Assembly (NCBI GenBank): GCA_965637545.1
Contig: OZ281494.1
Span: 13,206,001-13,270,000, forward strand
Direction: 5' to 3'
DNA from: Phallusia mammillata
Taxonomy: Eukaryota
DNA length: 64,000 nucleotides
The notes beneath the pieces are model-generated. The model did not search any database, was not told the origin of the DNA, and saw only the letters and a program-made list of their open reading frames with translations. The translations under genes were made by a program, and so were the position numbers. Shown one piece after another: positions 1 through 9,507 of the stretch (within the stretch, counting starts at the first letter, position 1; each line of letters begins with the position of its first letter).

Positions 1-114
1 CCTGATCCAAAGGTGCAATAAATAGTTTGCACTCGTATGTAAGGTTTTAAAAACGGTTTGGAAACTTAACAATACTTTAATGTTGGTTAATGGCACTAAA
101 AATATTTACCTCCA

Positions 115-179
115 CGGACCCCCTAAAACCATCTCACGGACCCCTTGGGGGTCCGCGAACCCCAGGTTGGGAACCACTG
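115..179. mobile_element. 3' end of a CAG-terminated hAT MITE; left end probably outside the window
   Basis: Ends ggttgggaaccactg at 179, the same terminus as the complete MITEs elsewhere in the window. It has GC-rich subterminal repeats (cacggacccc x2) and is followed by gtctaatg, which fits nnnTAnnn. Confidence 0.6.
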
Positions 180-3100
180 GTCTAATGAAACAAGGTCGTT
201 ACGGGTCGAACCTAACAAAGCGCCATAAAGTTCCTAACAAACGAACCTGAAAATTATCAATCAAGCGTGTGAAATGAAAGAAATCGATATAACTTATAAG
301 ATTACTGTAGTAACGCCCAAACAACACAGTAATTTAGCTATATTTTAATTTAATCATCGGTCTTTCCTGTTTTTATGCGATCAACCATACGACCATGAGA
401 CACTGTACGAAGTATAATAAATGTCACTGTTAGGAAAGTTTATACCCAGGGCCTGCAAGCTTATCTGTGTTATTACAATCATTTTTTTAGTGTAGCCTAT
501 GGACAACTTAACAGTATGTGGAGAGCAGACTGCAAGAAAAAATGCTAGTTGTAAAGTGTTTCTTGCAACATTGATAGTGCAGGGCAAAAACTCGTGCCTA
601 TCATCAGAGAACCTTCAAACATGCGCTGTGGGATGTCTTTCTCTTTTTTAAACATGTCCAGGATATTCTGCTCATGCGCTTCCGTTACGCTTTTGTGCTG
701 TCCCGCACACATTTTTGGGCTTCTGGGAGAAAGCGAAAAAAACGCTCGTCAACACTGGATTTTAAATTTTTCTTTTGGCGCAGAAAACTATAGTTTATTG
801 TGCACACACAAGACGCAAAACTTAATATTCTTTAGTGGGGGTGGAGCTACAGGAAATTTCGATTATATATAGATAACAAAAGGGCAAAGCATTTTATGTC
901 TGTTTTCCATTTGCTTGTGTCATAAACGCGCAAACCTTGAGATCCATCTACAAGTTGCGAATGAATTACTTTATGCAATGTTTTTTGGTTATTGAGGTAT
1001 TTTAAATTGAGTCAAGGTTTTGGATAGGGGTGCTTAGGCTTTTAAGTTAAACTAAGTTTTACAGCGTTGTCAAACTGGTGTTTACTGTGTTGACCTGTTT
1101 TGTAAACCGCAAGTGATCGTAAACAATGAACCGGCATGCAAAAAGAACAGTCTGTTCATTTTCTCCAGGTTTGTAATCTTACTAAACACAGTTATCTTGA
1201 GCATTTGATCATAAAATTAGTCAATGTATGTGCATTGTATTTTTGCAATGTTTTCACATTTATGCACAGGAACACGGTTTGGTAAACACCCTACCAGCCA
1301 GCAAAGCTTGCGACAGATCACTTCCTTAAAATATATTTTTGCCATGCTACCTCATGCAGGAGGCCTTAAAAACATCGTGCTCGAATCTTTGACGTCAATT
1401 ACCGCAACAAATGCCACGAAGCGTTTTATGTAACAAAACGTAAACAAATGATTGGATTGTGTGTAGCCACTTTCAGGACTGCTTGGAAAAGAGAGTTTAG
1501 TGCCTTAAAAGCGAGTGTTTCATATGTTTAGTGCAAAGGGATTTCGAAAAAAGCTGTATTTTGCAAATGCCAGACTAAACTTGTTATGTGCATCTTTTTG
1601 AGCTTATCTTTGTTTAAAATACGAACGTATTGTTTAAAATACAAACGTATTGAATGCAACTGTTCAGTATTTGGTGACGTAGCAATTCGCATGTTCTCGG
1701 TACTGCCTCGCTGTACTTTGCTTTGAGCTATTATTTAATTAAATGAACTAACGAAATGAGGTCAACATTATTCAATGACTTTACAATTGGGAATAAGTTT
1801 CACCAATCGAACTTTGACCTTGAGCACAACCATATACGATAACATTGTCGTCATCTTTAACGTCAATGCACCAGTCAACGCAGAACCTCGAGGTAATAAA
1901 CTCAATTGCCCTGATCCCAAACATTATGCATACTTTGCACTTTTATTCTTAAACCAGAGCGAGAGAGTTCAAAGAGCTGTAGATGCGTGAAGTGTGGTTT
2001 TATCGATTGTGTATTTCATTGGACGAAAGTATGCGTAATAAAAAGTTAAATTACTTGTAGCAAACAATCCAGAAGATAAGCAATCATATTATTGTTTGTT
2101 AGTCTTGATTAAACCTTTTAATCGCATCAGTTTCATGCCGACTTCACCACAATGCCTCGCTGAAGTTAATCGATAACGCGATCGTTATCTTGGGGTGAAA
2201 GAAAAACGCATTTTTTCTTCTGAACTAGCTGTATATAAAACAGTCGCATACAGAGCGTTCATTTACCGGTGCTAAGTTTAATGCCAGGAAACCTAATATG
2301 TTTGGTGAGCAACGTGAGAGCCGTGCGACAGCCAAGTCATTAGTCAAACAGAATTCGACACGGCGCATGATTGCACACGTTTTTTGCAAAAAAGGTTGCT
2401 GAACGCCCCTATATGAGTCGTTAACAGTGCTTTGGAGTTTGTTTGCAGCAGCAAGTACTTGGGTAGTGTTGTACAATTGCCGGGTATTGGTTTATTGCTG
2501 CGAGGTGCATTCTGATTGTTGATATACTTTCTTGTTTTAGTGGGTGTGTAACTGTTGAGAAAGTTGAGAAACCTGCTGCGAGGAACAAATATTGCCCTGT
2601 TGACGGCGGCTCAGACTAGCCCACTTCCTATCGTGTCGTACTGGCGTCCGTTTATGGTATTGCTACAGTTTTCTGGAAGTAGGTTAATCCTCTGAGAGCT
2701 TGTGTGGTAAAAGGGTCAGTTAAGTTGAGTTTACTTTGCTTGTTAAAAGAAAACATCGCGACACCACAGTGCTAAGACAATCACCAAGCTGGTAATAGAG
2801 GCGCAATGTTGAAACGGTAAGGGACGCAAAGCATTGTAGGTCACGGTTGGTGGATCATGACTGAACGCTCTGCAGCTACACCACCAAAAAGCATCGAAAG
2901 TATAATAGTAGAACTGGATCTGAAAAGTGTATTAAAAAGGGACTCTTAACTGCAGCTGTGAAAATACTTTTGTTGCAGTTGTAGATAGCGACAGTCTTTT
3001 ATTGTGTCAGTCGCTATTGTATAGTGTTGCTACCAGCAGTCTTTGAGCCTGTGGTTTTTTAGTATGTTGTAAGCGAGCTGTGTGAAAGCGTTTTGCACAA

Positions 3101-3242
3101 TTTTCCCAGACTGTTTTCGTCCAACAAGGCAACGCGGTTTTCACGTTATTCAAACAAAAGCTTTTTTTCCCACGCGATCTTTGTATTTGACATTTTCCCT
3201 TTGGTGTTTACCAGACTTGTTGACGCCCTTTAAAAGGTTGGG

Positions 3243-3492
3243 CCGAACGTCTTTCTAAATCACGAGGTCGCGATTGTGCAAGGTTCGCGGTTTTGGTACA
3301 AAATGGTCGTTTTGTGATTTACGGTGTGGTCGTTCGGTGATTATGACCATGGACCACGTAGCTAACAGCTAACACAGAACCATTGTTCGACCGAACGGCC
3401 TTCTAAACCACGAAACCCAAATAGTGCAAGGTTTACGGTTTGACGGAAAGTGTCGTGATTTATATCTTACAGGCTTCTTGTCGATAATGAAT
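3243..3492 (+). repeat. Imperfect direct repeat (about 100 bp units, period 148 bp) upstream of the first paralog
   Basis: ccgaacgtctttctaaatcacga...gtgcaaggttcgcggttt...gtgattt (from 3243) versus ccgaacggccttctaaaccacga...gtgcaaggtttacggttt...gtgattt (from 3391). Confidence 0.55.
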
Positions 3493-3706
3493 GAGTTTTA
3501 TTATCTTGCCGCCCATGCGCTATGCGCTATAAAACCGTGTTGGACAAGGTTTAAATACAGCTACTATTTTATTCGAATGTGTTAAATCGAGTGTTTGAGG
3601 CGACTATGCCACTTCACTGAATGCTCGTTACTTTATTACATGTTTGTTTGATTTCAGGGTCAAGTTGAAAAGTATTAGGTGATTTGAAGCTATTGTTGTT
3701 GTTATT

Positions 3707-6700
3707 ATGGATATACACCAGCACAGATCACCGGCAATCGGCACAAACCCGATTCAAGCCTCGTTCTCGAACCACCAAACCTGCACTTTCTCAAGTGATT
3801 TCCAGAAAGCCAACTTTGCTAACCACCTAGAACTGTCTGTTCCTCCAAGCCAAGAAAATGCTAGAATTTCACAAACTGTTCGACAGCGACCGAGGAACCA
3901 GCAGGGTCAAATGCAAGCTGGAATGGCCAACAGTCACATGCAACCGACCTGCAATATTAACCAGAAAGTGATTCAGTACAACTTGCAGGTTAATAAAGTT
4001 TCCGCCATCCATGCACCAAATAACCAACCAACAACTTCCCGACATGGTTTATTTTCGAACACTTCAAGTACCCAGTACGGTGACCAACAGTTTTATGCAA
4101 ACCAGCAAGTGAATATGGTAAGTAACGAGCAACCACCCAGTACGCTAGGCACGGCTGATATTGAAATAGTCATAAATCAACTAACTGTAACACAGGGTTC
4201 AAATAACCGTTTTAACAACTTACAACAACATCAAAGAGCTGCACAACCGACCAATAACCAGTTTGTCAACATGCGAAACTCGAACAATCTGCATTTCACC
4301 AACCAGAGCCAAAACAACCAGCACCAGACAAACCATGGACCACCTCGTCAACACAGAACAATTGCAAGCTCCCATACTCCCGTAAGTTATTTCCAGTCCC
4401 AACCTCAAAACAACGCTAGAATGCCAATCAATCCCCAAAACAACCAGCAAGGTCAGGTTTCGCAATGGAATGAACATCAAGGATACAGCCGACAACACTC
4501 TCAAAGCAACCAGCTACTTCAAAACAATCCTGCAAACGTGAATTATTTACCTACCAGTGGTGGGGTTAGTTTACCACAACGCCATGTGATGAGCATGCAA
4601 GCCAACTACCAAACGAATGTACAGCAAAACTACACTCGACCAGTACGTCAGCAACTGCGAACTCATTTGACTCAACACCAGAATGTGAACGCAGAAATTC
4701 AAAAAGCCGGGCGGACTTTTTCCAACATTAAAACACCACCGCAGAATGTCAATCTTTTTTCAAACCCGAACCTACATACCAACCAGAGTCGACAAGCAGC
4801 CAATCAAACCTGTACAAAAGAAGACAAACAATCGTACAAACATTTAAGAGGTCAAAAGATAAAATCACCTGAACTCCGGCCGTTCGTGGATCTCAATAAA
4901 ATCACAAATGGTGAAAATATGGGACTTGCAAAAGATGATTCAACTGTGAGAGTCCCTATTTTATCACAACTTCTTCGCCAAATTAATCACGACGCCATGC
5001 AAAAAGGACCCAATGTACCTCTGAAGCCATTTGTTCCCAATCATGGATGTACGCCAAATAGTAACCAAGACAAGGTAAAAGAAGTTCAAAGTAACCAACC
5101 AACAACTGAAAGTTCTTCGGGAATACCTGGGTCCCAGGCGACGTACATTCCCCGCTTGCCCAAAACACCACGAGCATCTAAAATTATTCCACAACGTCGT
5201 CCTTCAAATAAGTTAGCAACACTTGAGTTGGCAAAAGAACATCAAATGAAACCTCAACAAGCACCAAGCGAGACCAACGCTCTCTTAACTCCAGGGCAAA
5301 TACAGGCTTTTGATCAATTGTTATATGGATCCAACAATACCCAACCCCGCCAGACTGGTTCGAACTCTCACATGTTACCTAATGGACAACACCAGTCACT
5401 AATAGCAACCAACCACTCCTTATCTGAGACTCATCAGCCCTCCGCAAGTTCCTGCAGGTCTCTCTTTGAACCTGATCCATCACCTACCAGATCGATACAT
5501 CACCAGTCACAAAATATAACCGACCACTCCCATACCGAAGCCCACCAGTCCACTGAAAGATCCTGGATGTCGATATTTGAACCTGACCTGTCACCAAGTG
5601 GACATCAGTCTTCCTTCGGGTCCAGTGACTCTTTGTTTGATGGATTGCCCTCTGGTCACGATCTTGGCCGTTCTGCTTCAGCCGATTGTCACTTGCCTCA
5701 GAAACATGGGTATAACTTTATTCGACCCCAGTCAGCCCCAAACGCCGACCCAATAACACCAATTACAAAACCACATCTTAAACCACCGACCTTGTCCAGT
5801 TTACCAACTGCTGACCAAACTTGTCCTGTGGCTGAACATGAGGATAGAAAATCGGTTCTGTTGTCTCGAATTCCAAAACTTTCACCACGATCAACATCTC
5901 CAGAAAACCAAAAAAATAGTGAAAATGCCAAAAGTTTGCAAGTGCCAAGTCTGATCAAAGTCGAGAAAAGTCCAGAAACAACAGGTGCTGAGGAAGATCC
6001 ACCGCTGATCAAAGTCGAGGAAAATCCAGAAACACCAGATGCTGAGGAAGATCCACCACTAATTGCAATCTCTGAAATATTTTCCTCCTACAAAAAGACG
6101 AAATCAGATGATGATGTGATATTTATTAAGGATTCCCCTCCAGCCAAGTCTAAGTCAGACGAGAAAATTATCAAACAAAAACCGCTGTCAGCTCGAAAGA
6201 TAAAAATGGAGCACCATGAAGTTATAGACTTGACATCCGATGACGAACACAGGCAAGATCACGAAACTAAAAGTGAGTCCCCTTCCAAAGCTGCTAAGAT
6301 CGTTTCTAAACCTTCAATGAAATCGCCTACAGCGGAAGAAGACCGCCTGAGGCTAATTCAGGATGATGTTGAAATTCTTCTTCAAATGGGAATCCCAAAA
6401 TATCGCCATCGCTCTATTAGGAATAAACGCCATAGAACAGATAACATGAACAGTTCGGAAGACGAGATTTCTGGGAAGAAAAGAAGATGTCACCAAACTA
6501 GGAAAAGTTCCAGTGAAGATCCTGTTATTCCAGATGCTCCACTGCCTTCTGAAATGAAAGAAGTCATTCCCGAATTGCCACAAAACATCCCTGGAAACTC
6601 CACGGAAACGAGTGCAGAGAACTCGCAACTAAAAAAACGAAGCAGACTGGCTATTCCAAAATCAAAACCTCCAAGAATGGACTTGGTTTATACTTATCAC

Positions 6701-6859
6701 CTTAAACGTTTACGTAGAAATGATGTTGGTGTCACTTCGTATTCTCCTCAATTTCTTGCAAAAAATGCGTCGATTCTTAAACGTACCAAGCGTTGCAAAG
6801 TTGTTCTTTCCGATATTTTCTCCATTAAGTCGTGCATTGATAAAGTAACGAAGTCGTGA
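3707..6859 (+). CDS. Single-exon 1050-aa Q/N-rich disordered protein, paralog 1 of a local unnamed family
   Basis: Uninterrupted 3.15 kb ORF in AT-rich DNA with an acceptor-like tttgatttcag at 3647-3657. Shared motifs: KSPELRPFVDL, DDVIFIKDSPP, EVIDLTSDDE, DDVEILLQMG, PRMDLVYTYHLKRL, CKVVLSDIF. Confidence 0.85.
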   Translation: MDIHQHRSPAIGTNPIQASFSNHQTCTFSSDFQKANFANHLELSVPPSQENARISQTVRQRPRNQQGQMQAGMANSHMQPTCNINQKVIQYNLQVNKVSAIHAPNNQPTTSRHGLFSNTSSTQYGDQQFYANQQVNMVSNEQPPSTLGTADIEIVINQLTVTQGSNNRFNNLQQHQRAAQPTNNQFVNMRNSNNLHFTNQSQNNQHQTNHGPPRQHRTIASSHTPVSYFQSQPQNNARMPINPQNNQQGQVSQWNEHQGYSRQHSQSNQLLQNNPANVNYLPTSGGVSLPQRHVMSMQANYQTNVQQNYTRPVRQQLRTHLTQHQNVNAEIQKAGRTFSNIKTPPQNVNLFSNPNLHTNQSRQAANQTCTKEDKQSYKHLRGQKIKSPELRPFVDLNKITNGENMGLAKDDSTVRVPILSQLLRQINHDAMQKGPNVPLKPFVPNHGCTPNSNQDKVKEVQSNQPTTESSSGIPGSQATYIPRLPKTPRASKIIPQRRPSNKLATLELAKEHQMKPQQAPSETNALLTPGQIQAFDQLLYGSNNTQPRQTGSNSHMLPNGQHQSLIATNHSLSETHQPSASSCRSLFEPDPSPTRSIHHQSQNITDHSHTEAHQSTERSWMSIFEPDLSPSGHQSSFGSSDSLFDGLPSGHDLGRSASADCHLPQKHGYNFIRPQSAPNADPITPITKPHLKPPTLSSLPTADQTCPVAEHEDRKSVLLSRIPKLSPRSTSPENQKNSENAKSLQVPSLIKVEKSPETTGAEEDPPLIKVEENPETPDAEEDPPLIAISEIFSSYKKTKSDDDVIFIKDSPPAKSKSDEKIIKQKPLSARKIKMEHHEVIDLTSDDEHRQDHETKSESPSKAAKIVSKPSMKSPTAEEDRLRLIQDDVEILLQMGIPKYRHRSIRNKRHRTDNMNSSEDEISGKKRRCHQTRKSSSEDPVIPDAPLPSEMKEVIPELPQNIPGNSTETSAENSQLKKRSRLAIPKSKPPRMDLVYTYHLKRLRRNDVGVTSYSPQFLAKNASILKRTKRCKVVLSDIFSIKSCIDKVTKS

Positions 6860-8722
6860 TAAGCCATTTTTTCTACTGCCATCGCCATAAATACATTCCA
6901 TATTCGTTTTATGTATTGTGCATACAAAATTTTAGTTATGACAGGTCAATTCTTTTATTGGTTAAGACAGGTCAAGTAATTCTGCAATCACCGTCAGTGG
7001 GATAAGACAGAAGTGCAGAATCAGTTTCACATGTATTTTACACCATTTGCTCTAAACATGGCAAACAAACATGGAATCCCAAAGTTAGAACTTGGGCTAG
7101 ATACCCCAGCTATGTGGTTAAATGATTGTACACACCAAACGATAGGTCATGTTTTGCTAGTCGGCAAAGATTCGGGGTCACTAAATAGCATTCCTGGTCA
7201 GATTAACAACCTCTTGCATAATTATCGGGTGCAATTGATATGTGATTACCAAAAAAACCACTGCTGGTGCACATACGTTTGTTATAAGCCTATAATAATA
7301 ATTTGCCCCGCAACAAACGCAATATTTTGTCAATATCTTTTTCGCCACCGATGTCTTGCACAGGGGAGTGCAACGAACATTATATATTGTATTTTTTCAC
7401 ATTCTGGAGTACGCTCACACGGACACCTCATTTGTTGAATCAAAAAATCCCCCAAAAAACTTTGTATGTAGTGTCAAAAACACAAAGAGTGCTGTAAGAA
7501 ACTTCTAGAAACTATAGTTATCAAACAAATCTTTTTAGAGACCTTGGCCACGGGTAAATTTTCAACAGGCTTTTAGAAGGCACAATTCGCTCAAAGAAAT
7601 CACATGACGCCAAAGAAGCAGTTTTATGCAACAAGACACCAACGGCAAAGTGAAGAAGAAACCTGGACACACACGAATAATCGCCAACCGTGCGAACAAT
7701 AAAAAAACGATTTTAACCCGAATTAGAATACATAAGCTAAATGTTCCTGCTGAAAGCGTTTATGTTTGGTTAAAAAGGAAGGAAGTCTTGTGTTACGTCA
7801 TCTCGTTCGTGCCCTTCGTAAACACGCTGTTTTATGTGGACCAGAAACAACCTTATACGAATGGTCATTGTAGCGACCTATATCCTGTTTAATTACTTGA
7901 TTAGAGTGTGAGCTAATTAACACTGACAAAACTAAGATATTCTATGCATTAAACAACAGGTCGCTAGTGAGTTCTATTTTACCGCTGTGAAAAGTCTCTA
8001 GTCAGGACTTCACAGTACGTTGACCCACTTTAATTGTTAGCTGCTTGTTGGTAGCATTTCTGTTTTCTGTAACTTTGTTACCAAATGTTTTTTTGGCCAT
8101 CAACCTGTGCCAACTTGCTATGTTAATGTCGACCACCCACAGCGATGTTGGCGCCAGGAGTAGGTAAACCTCGCTATTTACAACCATATAAGAGAAAAAG
8201 GCGACGTTTGCTTCTGATGTTGACCCAGTTCAAACAAAAACATGGTAAGAATTGGTTCCAGGTCCGGAAGTATCTCTGATGGTTGTAGTAGTGTGGTGGA
8301 TTGGGGATGGATTACTTATTCAACATTTTAGTTGCTAGTACCTACAATGCGACCAGGCCTTTTTCCCCTGCGTGTTCTCGTCCTACTGTTTAGGACCTAA
8401 ACAAACAGACATTGCAGATGTTGATTGTTTTGTCTATTGATTCTAATTAAACCTCATAAACAGCAATAGAATAGAATGCACTGCGTACAGGGGCTCGAGA
8501 ATTCTAGGTTTAAAAAGTAAGAATGCAACTTGTGTAGGTCCCACTAAATATTCAGTTATTTCAAGTCTCGCTTGCCAACGACTAACGCATGAGGCACAGA
8601 ATACTGAAAAGCTATTTTATAAGCCAGTGCTTCCCAAAGTGTGGGCCATGGCCCAGTACTAGGCCACCAAGACATTTTCAATGGGCCACAGAGCATTTGA
8701 ACAGATTCTACTGTTTTGTTAT
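5877..8722 (+). repeat. Left arm of a large inverted duplication (3' third of paralog 1 plus about 1.9 kb of 3' flank)
   Basis: The reverse complement matches 17811-25298 once the insertions are removed. Examples: 8521-8700 versus 17830-18010, and 5877-5965 versus 25225-25298. Confidence 0.9.
8381..8402. other. Putative hAT excision footprint
   Basis: tccta-ct-gtttagg-a-cctaaac lies at the position where the duplicate arm has tcctaaac[MITE]tcctaaac. It is an inverted copy of the TSD centred on the complement of the flanking base. Confidence 0.7.
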
Positions 8723-9110
8723 ACTGTAGATATTATGCGTTTTGTTTTGAAAAACATAATATTTGCAAAACAACAATTATTTAGCAAGAAAGGTCATTGA
8801 CTTCTAACACTGATTTTTAACTGCTGGGTGGGAGCAGTTCAAAGTGGGTGAGTAGTCCAGCATGTGAGTAGCGGGAATTGAGAAGTATCCATTTATTGAA
8901 CTAGCTTACTTTTCAAAAAAACACTTAGTAAGTAATCTATGGTTTAACCGTTACTTGTCCTTTGCTTTGATCAGTGGTTCTAAAACGGTGCAACAAAACA
9001 TACCAAAAAGTGGTTATATGACATGGAATTAATTACCATATTTTTCCATGTTACCATAACTGGTGCGTGCTCAATACTTTGTGTGTTTCACAGGTGGATC
9101 CCGGGGTAAA
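8625..9110. mobile_element. hAT MITE remnant with truncated right terminus
   Basis: Starts cagtgcttcccaaagtgtgggcc. Ends ...ggtggatcccggggtaaaaaagtt without the final gggaaccactg. The first ~100 bp are also present in the duplicate arm (17811-17908). Confidence 0.5.
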
Positions 9111-9507
9111 AAAGTTAGCTTATATCAGGGGTTCCCAAACTTTTTTGGCTGCGGCCCAAATGTTTATTTCATAACGATTCCTGACTCACCACGTGTTGTA
9201 AATTTTTGTGCTGTAATTTTTTAAGTTCCATGATCATTTTGAGAAGTAAATCCAAACTATATGTATCTTTCAATATACTTCCTTTTAGCCATATTCGCAG
9301 CTATTATTTAGTAAATTTCACTAAATGTTTTTTGAAAAGTAAGCTAGTTCAATAAATGGCTACTTCTCAATTCCCGCTACTCACATGCTTGACTACTCAC
9401 CCACTTTAAACTGCTCCCACCCAGCAGTTGAAAACCAGTGTTAGGAGACAATGACCTTTCTTGCTAAATAATTATTGTTTTGCAAATATTATGTTTTTCA
9501 AAACAAA
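8741..9507. repeat. Local fold-back: about 190 bp inverted repeat (8741-8930 / 9318-9507)
   Basis: tttgttttgaaaaacataatatttgca...ctgctgggtgggagcag... versus ...ctgctcccacccagcag...tgcaaatattatgtttttcaaaacaaa. Confidence 0.85.
9126..9310. mobile_element. 5' part of another CAG-terminated hAT MITE
   Basis: caggggttcccaaacttttttggctgcggccc start; no matching right end found. Confidence 0.4.

Noticed and set aside
4220-6012. Antisense ORFs within paralog 1, and similar ones inside paralogs 2 and 3
   Set aside because: These are shadows of the long sense ORFs with biased codons; no motifs or splice support.
7013-7892. ORFs of 141, 64 and 88 aa downstream of paralog 1
   Set aside because: They have a GTG start or no domain, and the duplicate arm shows indels breaking them, consistent with non-coding flank.
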